Positions 39,681 to 49,791 are shown, numbered from the stretch's first letter. The stretch: DNA of 64,000 nucleotides from Candidatus Zambryskiibacteriota bacterium (GCA_048499675.1 JASNZL010000003.1:16241-80240); one strand, 5' to 3'. Notes: generated by a model from the sequence alone, not told the origin. Translations and numbers: made by a program.

Positions 39681-40451
39681 TTAATTTATTATCACCTGTT
39701 TATCTGTTGTGTTGTCCCAAATTTCCCATTTTGAGAAATCAGGAATCATGTAAAAGGTTTCGCTTTCTTTGCCGCCAGAGTTTGCAACAGTTACATTTAT
39801 ATACATCACCTCCTTACCTCTAAGTGGAATTCCGGTACCCATATATACAAAAGTAGAGCCAGTAGTATTTTCAAGATTATATAAAATTGGCTTAGACCCA
39901 GTTGAATTTATTACTTCTAATCTCTGTATTGAACCAACCTTTCTAGTGTCATTTACAGTTGATTCTTTTATATTAAAAACAGCTTTTTTAATTACTATAT
40001 CGCGCGATGTATTAAATGGGAAAGTTATTTTGTTTGTATTTAAAATATAAGAAAAATTAAAATCAGAGAATTCATTATTTAGGTTTTCATTATTAAACTC
40101 ATTAGTTTTATTTGCTTTACAAATATCAAGACTAGAACTTAATGAATTTACTTTTTCCTTAAGTGAAGCATTTTCTTGAAAAAGAGTATTTATTTGTTTT
40201 TGTAATTCAGGATTATCAACAACTATTGTTTTTTCTATAATTTTTTCTTTAATAACCTCTTCTGTTTCTAATAATTTCCCACTATTATCAAAATTATTGT
40301 CATCCACATTGTCAATATTGTTGTTAGTTTCTTGAATAAAATTAGCACTATTTCTTTCAAACCACGAAAACGGATTCCACCAAGAGGCAAGTACTATGTG
40401 GGGCACAATAAACATCAATAAAAATACAACAATATATAATTTATTTCTCAT
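39681..40451 (-). CDS. Secreted hypothetical protein (CPR-type ASWWNPFSW motif)
   Basis: Signal peptide followed by ASWWNPFSWF and a coiled coil. Confidence 0.7.
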   Translation of the reverse strand: MRNKLYIVVFLLMFIVPHIVLASWWNPFSWFERNSANFIQETNNNIDNVDDNNFDNSGKLLETEEVIKEKIIEKTIVVDNPELQKQINTLFQENASLKEKVNSLSSSLDICKANKTNEFNNENLNNEFSDFNFSYILNTNKITFPFNTSRDIVIKKAVFNIKESTVNDTRKVGSIQRLEVINSTGSKPILYNLENTTGSTFVYMGTGIPLRGKEVMYINVTVANSGGKESETFYMIPDFSKWEIWDNTTDKQVIIN

Positions 40452-40514
40452 ATCATTTTATAATACTTAATACCCCCAGTATCCCACAATTTCCTTCAAA
40501 AATCCACATAACAA

Positions 40515-40727
40515 AATCATTCCACCGTGCCGTGGAATGATTGATTATCCCCGCCAATAACAGGTTGGGCATTCCCAATATTCATCAAATTTATAGGCCT
40601 TGGACTACTTTTTCATAACATTAAATTCCCTCTCCTTTTTCAATTCCAAAACCACACACAGGGTAGCCCTGTGCAATATCACCTTTCAATCTCTTCCCTA
40701 ATCATTCTCCCTTTTTGGAGAATGATT
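40515..40727. repeat. Cluster of short palindromes
   Basis: AATCATTCCAC..GTGGAATGATT and AATCATTCTCC..GGAGAATGATT share ends; also CACAGGG-TAG-CCCTGTG. Confidence 0.6.
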
Positions 40728-40731
40728 AATT

Positions 40732-41241
40732 TTATCCCAAAACCTCATTAATAAATTCGATTTTTTTGCGATAGTATTCTCGGTAATTTAGGCCGGCACA
40801 ACCATCTTTTAATTGCTTGTATCGTTCGAGTGCTTCTTTGTTTACCAATAGATATTTAAAAAAATTATCATTATCAATCCAGCTTTGGTGATATTTATTG
40901 GTGAGCATTATTTCAATTTTTGTTCCATCTATTTCTGCTAAAAATTTTGTTCGTTCAAGCGGGTAGACACTTTTTGGCTTGCCAAAAACTGCTTCCATTT
41001 TGGGTGTGTATTCCGCAATCTCATTTGGAGTAAGTGGGATGTATACATCAATCTCTCTCTGCCCTGAAATACCCAAACCCGAAGCACCTCTGTGGAGTAC
41101 TGTGACATCGCCGAGGACTGCTTGGATTTGTGATTTTATTTGTTCAAATTTTTTTGGAGCTTTTTCGTCATAAGGAAAAATCTCCACCACACCATCTGTA
41201 TTCAAATGATTAACCCATTTTTTTTGTTCTGGAGTAAGCAT
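40732..41241 (-). CDS. GrpB-family nucleotidyltransferase-like protein
   Basis: HRGASGLGISGQREIDVYI; F..YL..N.EALERY..LK; YYRKK.EFI. Confidence 0.8.
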   Translation of the reverse strand: MLTPEQKKWVNHLNTDGVVEIFPYDEKAPKKFEQIKSQIQAVLGDVTVLHRGASGLGISGQREIDVYIPLTPNEIAEYTPKMEAVFGKPKSVYPLERTKFLAEIDGTKIEIMLTNKYHQSWIDNDNFFKYLLVNKEALERYKQLKDGCAGLNYREYYRKKIEFINEVLG

Positions 41242-41265
41242 AATATGAACTATATTTAAAAAGAT

Positions 41266-41889
41266 TTACTTATCACTACGAACAATCCATACCCTACCAA
41301 ATTTGGACCATCTTTTTATGACAATAGATTTGGGTAATTTCATATAATACCTGTCGCTGTCTAGAGCTTTCTCGTATTCCAAATCGGGGGCTTGGTGGCT
41401 ATCAAAAACATAAAAATTCGATTCGTCATATCCATAAACAAACATTACATGATCTAGAAGCCCTCCCATACCCAAAGAAATATCTACTCCTGTTGCGTAT
41501 CCGCGGTCTACCGATTGTTCAATCTCTTTTATTTTATTTTCTACATTTGAAATATTTGGTATGAATAATGCAAGAATAAAACTGAAGAAAGAATTTATAT
41601 CTCTATTATTAATAGTCAGTTTTAGTTTTAAACTTGAAAGGAGCTTTGGTAAATATAAAAATTGTAGCCCTGTCCACATGAGCCACTCTGGAACTCTAGG
41701 CCCCAATACTTTGTTTTTCTCTAATTGCACCGCGTTTAGAGCGTTCCCGTTGTAACTTTCGGGATAATAGTAATTGAGAGCGTAATAAATAAAATCTCTT
41801 CCACATCGATTTTTTACCAATTTTCCATCTATTCCAATTTCTCTTTGCACAAAACTAAACTCGTCTATGTTTCTATTTAGTGTTTTCAT
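41266..41889 (-). CDS. Putative papain-like (C39-like) peptidase
   Basis: Q..RCGRD, then DHVMFVYGYD..FYVFDS: Cys-His-Asp triad. Confidence 0.6.
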   Translation of the reverse strand: MKTLNRNIDEFSFVQREIGIDGKLVKNRCGRDFIYYALNYYYPESYNGNALNAVQLEKNKVLGPRVPEWLMWTGLQFLYLPKLLSSLKLKLTINNRDINSFFSFILALFIPNISNVENKIKEIEQSVDRGYATGVDISLGMGGLLDHVMFVYGYDESNFYVFDSHQAPDLEYEKALDSDRYYMKLPKSIVIKRWSKFGRVWIVRSDK

Positions 41890-41908
41890 TTTTTATTCCA
41901 ATTTTGAA

Positions 41909-42682
41909 TTATAGTTTCTTTCCAATGTAGAATACATATCCGTAAAATTCTTTGTATTTATTATACAGTTTCGCTTCTTTCTTTTCATTGGCGACTAAGT
42001 CTTCTGCAGTTTTGTTGTCTTTATATTTTTTTAAAAACTTTTGTTGCGCAATGATTTGAGGTTTGTAAAAATTATCTATCCAACAATACTCAGGCAGAAT
42101 AAAAGTGGCAACTGGAACATAACCAACTTTTTGCATAATAGAAACTTTGTTTGCAATAGTGTCAATTTGCGGATAAGCACTATTCCAAAAATCGTCAATT
42201 TCTTTTGGTCGTTTTTCGGTAAACCACGATGCCTCAGAGATTGCGACGTACCCACCCTTCTTTAGAAATCTTTTCCATTTTTCTAAACCTTTTTGAAAAC
42301 CAATGTTATAAATTGAACCTTCGGACCAAATTAAATCTAGTTCCTTGTTTTTGAAAGGTAAATTATCCATTGAGCCAACAATTCCCTTAACTCTTTTTTG
42401 GAGTCCAAGTTTTTTTGCATTGGAGTTTAACTTTTCTATAAACTCAGGAAACAAATCAATCGCCGTTATTTGTCCTTTCGTGTTTTTTGCCAGCGTCATT
42501 GTTGGTGCACCAGTTCCACACCCGATATCAGCAATTTTTGATTTGTTATTTAGTCCGTCAATAAAACTTAATGCCTTGAGGGTGGTCTCGGGGCTCCCTG
42601 GTCCTTGTTGCTTTACACCACAAAAATACTCACATATAAGTTTAAAATCAAAGTCGTGTATTGTTTTATCTTCTTCAGACAT
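41909..42682 (-). CDS. Class I SAM-dependent methyltransferase
   Basis: [28 protein letters not shown]. Confidence 0.9.
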   Translation of the reverse strand: MSEEDKTIHDFDFKLICEYFCGVKQQGPGSPETTLKALSFIDGLNNKSKIADIGCGTGAPTMTLAKNTKGQITAIDLFPEFIEKLNSNAKKLGLQKRVKGIVGSMDNLPFKNKELDLIWSEGSIYNIGFQKGLEKWKRFLKKGGYVAISEASWFTEKRPKEIDDFWNSAYPQIDTIANKVSIMQKVGYVPVATFILPEYCWIDNFYKPQIIAQQKFLKKYKDNKTAEDLVANEKKEAKLYNKYKEFYGYVFYIGKKL

Positions 42683-42710
42683 ATTTATTTTATATCTTGA
42701 TTATTAATTC

Positions 42711-42731
42711 TGGCGGAGGGTAAGAGATTCG
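42711..42731 (-). repeat. Duplicated tRNA 3' end with CCA (att-like)
   Basis: CGAATCTCTTACCCTCCGCCA, nearly identical to the 3' end of the half-tRNA at 42868-42886. Confidence 0.7.
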
Positions 42732-42867
42732 GTCACACATAATTTACTGCTGAAAATTTGTGCTACCCCGCCTCGCGCCGTCGCGCTCCGGCCTTCTCAT
42801 CTCTTCTTCCTCACGCAATGATGGTCCACGCGAATAGCTATTCAAAGCTATCCTTGCGGATCATTGC

Positions 42868-42918
42868 GGAGGGTAAGAAATTCGAACTCTTGGTGGGTTT
42901 CCCCACGGCCACTTTCTC
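42868..42918 (-). pseudogene. 3' half of a tRNA-Ser-like gene
   Basis: AGTGG-CCGTGGGGAAACCCAC (variable arm)-CAAGAGTTCGAATTTCTT-ACCCTCCG. Confidence 0.65.
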
Positions 42919-42928
42919 CCGCACATTG

Positions 42929-43013
42929 CGGAGGAGACAGGATTCGAACCTGCGGTACCTTGCGGTACACCCGCTTTCCAAGCGAGCGCATTCGACCGCT
43001 CTGCCACTCCTCC
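42929..43013 (-). tRNA. tRNA-Ser(GGA)
   Basis: GGAGGAG/CTCCTCC acceptor, CTCGC-TTGGAAA-GCGGG anticodon arm, long variable arm, GTTCGAATCC. Confidence 0.95.
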
Positions 43014-43080
43014 GTAATATGAGGGATTGCAATTTACATTACAATCACTTCGCTCTTGTGTAAATTGGGAACAATCTCCC

Positions 43081-43126
43081 GCACTATAACCCTACCTGAC
43101 GGCAGGCAGGGCTATGCGAACCCTCC
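43081..43126 (-). pseudogene. 5' half of a tRNA-Ser-like gene with a palindrome inserted in the D-loop
   Basis: GGAGGGT-TC-GCAT-AG-[CCCTGCCTGCCGTCAGGTAGGG]-TTATA-GTGC; GGAGGGT pairs with ACCCTCC of the 3' half. Confidence 0.6.
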
Positions 43127-43142
43127 ATTATAAACCAAAACT

Positions 43143-44021
43143 TTAAGCCATCCCTCGAAGCCTCTTTATCCTTTCTTCTGTCGGTGGATGTGTACTCCAA
43201 AGATTGCTCATCTTTTTTGTTGCACCAAATGGACTTGCGATAAACATATGAGCGGTAGCATTGTGAGCATTTCGGAGCGGCGACTGATAAGAAGAAATTT
43301 TTTCAAGAGCGCCTGCCAAACCTTCTGGGTATCGTGTGAGGAGGGCAGCGGAAGCGTCTGCCAAATATTCTCTTCTTCTAGAAATTGCTAGTTTTATAAA
43401 TGTCGCAATAATTGGGGAGAGTATAACAAGAACAATACCGACTATCATTATGATTCCACCTGCTTTTCCATCTCTTCTACCTCCTCCAAGTGAGCTTCTC
43501 AAAAAGAAATCTGCCATTATAGCAACGAGTCCAACAAGCACAACAACAACACTCATTAGCAAAATGTCTCTGTTGCCTATATGAGCCAATTCATGCGCAA
43601 CAACTCCTTCGAGTTCCGCCCTGTCTAATCTCTCCAAAAGTCCAGTTGTCACCGCCACAACGGCATGGTTTTTGTCTCGTCCTGTTGCAAATGCGTTCGG
43701 TGCCGGATCATCAATTACATATATTTTTGGCATTGGAAGACCGGATGCGATAGATAAGTTTTCTGTTAAAGTATAAAAATCAAAATATTCTTCCCTCTTT
43801 GCTTCTCGAGCTTTTGCAATACTCAAAACTATTTTGTCAGAATGCCAATAACTAACAAAATTCATTACTAGACTCAAAATTATTGCAAAATAAAAAATAT
43901 TCGCATTCCCATAATACATAGAAAAGAAATACCCAAGAGCTCCAACCAAAACAAAAAAGACGCTCATAAGAGCATATGTTTTCCAGACATTCTCGCTTTG
44001 ATGCGTATACATTGTTGCCAT
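43143..44021 (-). CDS. htpX: Zinc metalloprotease HtpX (M48)
   Basis: PNAFATGR, ELEGVVAHELAHIGNRD, ISRRREYLAD, STHPPTEERI. Confidence 0.95.
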   Translation of the reverse strand: MATMYTHQSENVWKTYALMSVFFVLVGALGYFFSMYYGNANIFYFAIILSLVMNFVSYWHSDKIVLSIAKAREAKREEYFDFYTLTENLSIASGLPMPKIYVIDDPAPNAFATGRDKNHAVVAVTTGLLERLDRAELEGVVAHELAHIGNRDILLMSVVVVLVGLVAIMADFFLRSSLGGGRRDGKAGGIIMIVGIVLVILSPIIATFIKLAISRRREYLADASAALLTRYPEGLAGALEKISSYQSPLRNAHNATAHMFIASPFGATKKMSNLWSTHPPTEERIKRLRGMA

Positions 44022-44154
44022 AACAAAACTATATCATATAAAAAAACTTTTATAAACTATTATTTTAAGGCGTTTTTTACAAATACACAGCTTATCAAGT
44101 ATTTTAATTTTTAGACTTTTTGTTGCTATACTATTATTTGCATATATAAATAAT

Positions 44155-45549
44155 ATGAATGAACAAAAGAAAAGCCACATAAGAGTTCCTCCCCACAATA
44201 CAGAAGCAGAAAGAGCGTTGCTTGGATCCATAATGCTTAGACCAGAGGTTTTGTTTGAGGTATCAGATATCGTATTTCCGCAATCCTTTTATTCTGAAAA
44301 ACACAAAATAATTTTCGAGACAATGATTGACTTGTTTTCTAGAAGGAATCCAACTGACATGCTTTCTGTTTCTGCAAAACTCAAAGACAAGAAAGTAAGC
44401 GATGGGACGATGCTAGATGAAATTGGTGGAAACACCTATTTAAGTGAGCTTGTAAACTCAGTTCCCAGTGCATCAAACGCACAGTACTACGCCCAAATAA
44501 TTCAAAAGAAATTTATTGCCAGAAATTTGATTAGTGCATCTGATTTTATTTCGTCTATTGGCTATGATGAGACCCAAGAATTAGAAGAGATTTTGGATCA
44601 GGCCCAAAAAAGAATTTACGAAGTTACAAATATATCAAGTATTCACAAATTTGTTGATCTAAAAGATGAGCTCACCGAAGCGTGGGAAAGACTCGACAAA
44701 CTCCACAATTCTGGAGATGGTCTCAGGGGAGTTCCTTCTGGTTTTGCAGATATAGACAACAAATTATCTGGCTTTCAAAAATCTGATTTGATTATACTTG
44801 CCGCTCGGCCTTCTGTTGGTAAGACTGCATTTGCTCTTGATATTGCAAGACAAGCTGCCGTAGAACACAATGTTCCTGTTGGAATTTTTTCTCTTGAAAT
44901 GAGTTCACAACAATTGGTAGACAGAATGCTTGCTTCTCAGGCAAGTGTTGATGCCTGGAAACTGCGTACTGGTAGAGGCATCAAGGAAGATGATTTTACT
45001 GCCATCAGGCAATCGCTAGATGTCCTGTCAAAAGCACCAATTTTTATTGACGACCAACCCGGAAATAACATATTAAAAATGCGTTCAGTTGCAAGACGAC
45101 TAAAAAATGAGAAGGGTCTAGGCCTTATCATTGTTGATTACTTGCAACTAATGACCACGACCAAGAATTATGATTCTATGGTTAACCAAGTGACCGAGAT
45201 TTCTAGATCGCTCAAAAATTTGGCACGTGAGCTTGAGGTACCAGTACTTGCTCTTTCTCAGTTGTCTCGTGCTGTTGAACAAAGAGGTGGAAAACCAAAA
45301 CTTTCTGACCTAAGGGATTCTGGTTCTATCGAACAGGATGCTGATGTTGTTATGTTTATTCACAGAGAAGACAAATCAAAAGGTGTAGAAGAGGCTGAAA
45401 AGACAAACATTGCAGAGATTTTGATTGAGAAACATCGAAATGGCGCAACTGGCAAGGTAGAACTCTTCTTTAACGAAAAGAAGGCAACATTTCAGTCATT
45501 AGAAAAAGCTGAGTTTAGTGGCGCAGAGGCCGAGTTTCGCGACTTTTAA
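44155..45549 (+). CDS. dnaB: Replicative DNA helicase
   Basis: PPHNTEAE, AARPSVGKT, IVDYLQLM, SDLRDSGSIEQDAD. Confidence 0.98.
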   Translation: MNEQKKSHIRVPPHNTEAERALLGSIMLRPEVLFEVSDIVFPQSFYSEKHKIIFETMIDLFSRRNPTDMLSVSAKLKDKKVSDGTMLDEIGGNTYLSELVNSVPSASNAQYYAQIIQKKFIARNLISASDFISSIGYDETQELEEILDQAQKRIYEVTNISSIHKFVDLKDELTEAWERLDKLHNSGDGLRGVPSGFADIDNKLSGFQKSDLIILAARPSVGKTAFALDIARQAAVEHNVPVGIFSLEMSSQQLVDRMLASQASVDAWKLRTGRGIKEDDFTAIRQSLDVLSKAPIFIDDQPGNNILKMRSVARRLKNEKGLGLIIVDYLQLMTTTKNYDSMVNQVTEISRSLKNLARELEVPVLALSQLSRAVEQRGGKPKLSDLRDSGSIEQDADVVMFIHREDKSKGVEEAEKTNIAEILIEKHRNGATGKVELFFNEKKATFQSLEKAEFSGAEAEFRDF

Positions 45550-45633
45550 GATACGAAGTAACGAATGAGCTGCGAATAGCTACGAAAATACGAAGTAAAA
45601 AAGGGATTCAAATTATATAAATAGTTGATATTA

Positions 45634-46026
45634 ATGGAAACAAAAAAAGGACAGAGGGTAAGCAGAAAAGTTATTTATCCTGATCTTTCTTATATTATTG
45701 TGGGAATACTTTTTGAAGTCCACAAGGAACTGGGGGAATACGCTAGAGAGAAGCAGTACGGTGATTTGATTGAAATGAAATTAAAAGAAAAAAATATTTT
45801 GTATATTCGCGAATTATCGATTGGAGGCACTGGAAATATTTTAGATTTTTTAATTGAAGATAAGATTATTTTAGAATTAAAATCTGTCAGAGAAATTAAT
45901 AAGGAATATTACCGTCAATTACAGAATTATCTCCAGCAAACAAATAAAAAATTAGGATTGTTGGTCAATTTCCGCACGTCTCACTTACGACCAATAAGAG
46001 TCTTAAAAATAGACAGTAAAAAATGA
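45634..46026 (+). CDS. GxxExxY-family protein (PD-(D/E)XK-like)
   Basis: [42 protein letters not shown]; flanked by inverted ACGAA arrays. Confidence 0.88.
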   Translation: METKKGQRVSRKVIYPDLSYIIVGILFEVHKELGEYAREKQYGDLIEMKLKEKNILYIRELSIGGTGNILDFLIEDKIILELKSVREINKEYYRQLQNYLQQTNKKLGLLVNFRTSHLRPIRVLKIDSKK

Positions 46027-46166
46027 GCTTGTATTTTATGCTTTTTTGGAAGAAATCAAAAAGAAAGCACGCTTATATTTTTTACTTTTTATGATTTATA
46101 AGTTAGATTTTATACATTCGAATTATTATTTGTAGTCATTCGTAACCTATTCGTTATTTCGTATAT

Positions 46167-46796
46167 ATGAATTCTATAGAAAAATTAACACAAATATTTT
46201 CGGAGTTTCCAGGGATTGGACCAAGGCAGGCCAGAAGGTTTGTCTATTATCTACTTACCCGAAACACAGGAATTTTGGAGGAACTCTCAAAAAATATTCT
46301 AGATTTAAAAAAACAAGTTGCAGTTTGCGCCGAGTGTATGAGTTTTTATGAAAAAAAGCACGATAAGAGTAATACTTGCAAAGTCTGTAGTGACCACACC
46401 AGAGAACGAGCTACAGTAATGATTGTTCAAAGAGATGTTGATATGACATCAATAGAAAAAAATGGCAATTTTAATGGAGTGTATTTTGTGTTAGGTGGCT
46501 CAGTGCCAATACTAGAGAAAGAGCCAGAAAAGAAGATTAGACTTTTGGAATTTAAGAATTTTATTTTGAATAAAAATAAAGAAGGGTTAAGTGAAGTAAT
46601 CCTCGGAATGAACTGGAATCCTGAGGGTGAGAATACAGCGCAATTTATTGAGAATTTTTTGAATAAAACATTAGAAAAAGAAATTCAATCTAAAAAAGTT
46701 AAAATCTCACATTTAGGCAAAGGTCTTTCGATGGGCACGGAGATTGAGTATATTGATCCGGATACTTTAAGAAATGCACTAAAGAATAGAAATTAG
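46167..46796 (+). CDS. recR: Recombination protein RecR
   Basis: FPGIGPRQARR, C4 zinc finger, TOPRIM (NPEGENTA), GTEIEYID. Confidence 0.95.
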   Translation: MNSIEKLTQIFSEFPGIGPRQARRFVYYLLTRNTGILEELSKNILDLKKQVAVCAECMSFYEKKHDKSNTCKVCSDHTRERATVMIVQRDVDMTSIEKNGNFNGVYFVLGGSVPILEKEPEKKIRLLEFKNFILNKNKEGLSEVILGMNWNPEGENTAQFIENFLNKTLEKEIQSKKVKISHLGKGLSMGTEIEYIDPDTLRNALKNRN

Positions 46797-46798
46797 AA

Positions 46799-47019
46799 CG
46801 CGACACCAATTTTGAAAACGAGGTACGAGTTACGAAGTACGAGATACGAGGGGGATTAGTTAAAAAGTTCATAAAGACGCAAGTTAGAAAGTAAAACCTA
46901 CTAATCACTCAATTTATTACACGAATAAGAAAGGATATACGAAGTACGAGTTACGAGTAACGATAGAGTTTTAAATTAAAAATTCTAAATTAAAAAGTAA
47001 CCCACTAATGACACGAATT
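46799..47019 (+). repeat. 221-bp dispersed element, copy B (right after recR stop)
   Basis: Inverted near-identical copy of 23952-24172. Confidence 0.9.
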
Positions 47020-47146
47020 TGAAAACGAAGTATGAGAACGAAGTACGAGGTACATCAAAATTCTAAATTAAAAATTCTAAATTATAAATTTTAATTAGGC
47101 ATGGTGATTATTAGAATAATTAGTATAATTAGAGTAATTAGAAATT

Positions 47147-47737
47147 ATGAAAGTATATCCTTATATCCTAATAATTGGCTCGGCAATCGGTCTAATTGCA
47201 TCGTTTGGTTTGATGCTGGACACAATCAAATTGTTTGAGAACCCTGACGCAATTTTGCTATGCAATGTAAATCCTTTTATAAGCTGTAGTTCTGTAATTG
47301 ACACCTGGCAAGGCTATGTTTTTGGATTCCCTAATCCTCTCCTTGGAATCATCGCTTTTTCAATGTTACTTGCTGTAGGAGTTATGCTTTTTTCAGGTGG
47401 AAGAGCCAAAAAACCACTTTGGCTTTTGGTAAATCTAGGCACTTTGGCTTCTGTATTTTTTGTAGTCTGGTTTATATACGAAAGTATTTGGAACTTAGGC
47501 ACAATTTGTCTCTATTGTTTAACTACGTGGATTGTAACGTGGCCAATTTTTCTCTATACAACAGTTTGGAATTACAGAGAGAATCATTTTAAATTTGAAA
47601 AACTAAAATCAAAATGCCAAGGCAAAATTGATACAATAGGTAAAAATATTTCTGACAATCATATACACTATCTTTCTGCTTGGTACTTTTTAATTATCGT
47701 CTTGATATTGTTTAAATTTAAAGAATACATTTTCTAA
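47147..47737 (+). CDS. Vitamin K epoxide reductase family protein
   Basis: CNVNPFISCSSV, FGFPNPLLG, CLYC. Confidence 0.92.
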   Translation: MKVYPYILIIGSAIGLIASFGLMLDTIKLFENPDAILLCNVNPFISCSSVIDTWQGYVFGFPNPLLGIIAFSMLLAVGVMLFSGGRAKKPLWLLVNLGTLASVFFVVWFIYESIWNLGTICLYCLTTWIVTWPIFLYTTVWNYRENHFKFEKLKSKCQGKIDTIGKNISDNHIHYLSAWYFLIIVLILFKFKEYIF

Positions 47738-47739
47738 TT

Positions 47740-47775
47740 CTAAACAAAAAACTCCTTATGGAGTTTTTTGTTTAG
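47740..47775. terminator. Bidirectional terminator/palindrome between VKOR and rplU
   Basis: CTAAACAAAAAACTCC-TTAT-GGAGTTTTTTGTTTAG. Confidence 0.75.
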
Positions 47776-48170
47776 CTTATTTTGTCAATTTTTACTTTAA
47801 AAAATGGTTGCCTGTGTCCGTTCTTTTTGAAATATCTGCTTTTTTGTTTGTATTTTATTACTGTAACTTTTGGATTTCTTCCTATTTCTTCCAACACCCC
47901 GACAACTTTTGAACCTTCTAGGTAGGGAGTTCCAACTTCTGTTAAATCTTTACCATTGTCAAACAAAACTACTTTATCAAATGTTACCAAATCTCCCTCT
48001 TTAAGTTCTTGTGTTGTGGATTTGATTTTTTCTATTTTTATTGAGTCACCAACAGAAACTTTGTATTGTTTTCCACCAGTTTCAATCACAGCAAATTCCC
48101 CGCTTTTTGGAGCATCTTTAGATTCTTTCTTTTTTGGTGCCTTTTTCGCTGTTTTTGTGGTTTTTTCCAT
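47772..48170 (-). CDS. rplU: 50S ribosomal protein L21 (start MEKTTK)
   Basis: FAVIETGGKQYKV, GHRQPF. Confidence 0.95.
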   Translation of the reverse strand: MEKTTKTAKKAPKKKESKDAPKSGEFAVIETGGKQYKVSVGDSIKIEKIKSTTQELKEGDLVTFDKVVLFDNGKDLTEVGTPYLEGSKVVGVLEEIGRNPKVTVIKYKQKSRYFKKNGHRQPFFKVKIDKIS

Positions 48171-48247
48171 AACAGGTATTACTTTACAGGATTTCGCCTT
48201 TTTTTGCAATAGGTTGACACATCCCCTTTTAAATGTATACTCAAAAT

Positions 48248-48580
48248 AGGAATCAGCTCGTTGAGTTCAAGAGATTTGAGAAGGATATCCCGTGTTTTAC
48301 GCGGAATCAGGTATTTTTCTCAAATGAACAGCAGGTTAGGATTTAGTCCTGACAAATGCCCCGTACCCGGGCCGTCTTGAATTGTTCCAGTACAATTCTT
48401 GAATGAAGCTCGCCTCAAAAGCGAGAAAACCACCAAAATACTGGGTCTTGACCACCCTCTCCAAGGTTGGGTGGTGGGGTACAGCAGTCTTGCCCGAGCT
48501 TGTCTTTCTGTCAGGTCTTGACCACCTTCTCAAAGGTTGGGACGGAATAACCGTCTTGAATGAAAGTTCAGGCGGTTTTT
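48248..48580 (+). ncRNA. Candidate ~330-nt structured RNA
   Basis: TTGACA-16-TATACT promoter (48214-48241), multiple stems, internal 28-nt repeat, terminal hairpin + T-tract; no convincing ORF. Confidence 0.5.
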
Positions 48581-48612
48581 TGTTTAGTTTATTTTATAAA
48601 TGATATGGTTTT

Positions 48613-49647
48613 CTATTCTAACTCCGGCTTGTTTACACTTTCTGTATCTATTCCAATACTTTCACCTGTAATTCTCAAAACATCTTTATCTATTTTTGAT
48701 AATTCTTTTGAGCCGGTGTTGTAGTGATTTACAACTGTACCAAGGGAAGTGCCGAGTTTTTTGTAATACTCTTCGTATGATTTTATATGGCGTGATAGAT
48801 TTTCTACATTTTTTATAATATCTTTTGCCGTTTCCTCTATTTGCATCGCTTTGAGGCCCTGTAGGACTGTCTGGAGGTATGCCAAAAATGAGGTTGGGGA
48901 GACAATAATTACTTTATATTTACCTGCAGATCTTTGAATCAGATTTTCAGTATCTTCAGTCACCGCACCGATTTTGTTTATAAGCAAATCGTAATAAATC
49001 GCCTCGTGCGGTATAAACATAAAGGCGAAATCCATAGTTCCCTCGCTTGGTCTTATGTACTTAGCGGTTTCGGTGATACGAAGTTTCAAATCATTTACAA
49101 AAAGTTTTTCCAGTCTGTCTTTTTCAGACGGATCTTTGGCTTCAGTCAGACGATTATAATTTTCAAGAGAAAACTTGGAATCAATCGGAATTATTTTATC
49201 TTTGACGAAAACTACTGCGTCCACAATCTCCCCATTTTGGAAAGCGTATTGCATTTGATATTGAGCTGGCGCTAAAACATTTTTGAGTAATGTCTCCAAA
49301 TAATATTCCCCCAAAATCCCCCGTTGTTTCGGATTTTTTAAAATATCTTGGAGGTTTTGAAGCTGGTCAGCAAATGATACTACTTGTTTATTGGTTTCGT
49401 CGAGTTTAGTCAAACCTTCTGTAACGTCTCGTATGAGCTTTGCTGATTCACCAAGCTGAGTTCTTACCGATTCACTCATTTGTTTGCTACTTTCACCTAT
49501 TTTAGCATCTACTGTCCGATTGAGTTCATTAATCTGCTGAAGAATGAGTTTTAGCCCAGTATCATCAGTATTCTGTTTTGGTCTTAGCAAATACACCAAA
49601 ATCCCACCAACAACAAGCCCAATTAAAATATAAAGCATAGTATCCAT
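48613..49647 (-). CDS. rmuC: DNA recombination protein RmuC
   Basis: NPKQRGILGE, IPIDSKFSLENY, DFAFMFIPHEAIY, VSPTS. Confidence 0.93.
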   Translation of the reverse strand: MDTMLYILIGLVVGGILVYLLRPKQNTDDTGLKLILQQINELNRTVDAKIGESSKQMSESVRTQLGESAKLIRDVTEGLTKLDETNKQVVSFADQLQNLQDILKNPKQRGILGEYYLETLLKNVLAPAQYQMQYAFQNGEIVDAVVFVKDKIIPIDSKFSLENYNRLTEAKDPSEKDRLEKLFVNDLKLRITETAKYIRPSEGTMDFAFMFIPHEAIYYDLLINKIGAVTEDTENLIQRSAGKYKVIIVSPTSFLAYLQTVLQGLKAMQIEETAKDIIKNVENLSRHIKSYEEYYKKLGTSLGTVVNHYNTGSKELSKIDKDVLRITGESIGIDTESVNKPELE

Positions 49648-49791
49648 ATCTTCATTATACTAAGAATCTAAGAAATGTGGTAATATGATGGAAATTAAAA
49701 ATTCACCCTGTGAAATACAAACAAATTTTGTACACGCTTCGCGCGATTTCACAGGGTTAAAATTAAAAATTAAAAATTTAGGATAATTACC

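Noticed and set aside
42758-43063. ORFs 42758..43063 and 42838..43032
   Set aside because: Overlap tRNA-Ser and tRNA fragments; spurious
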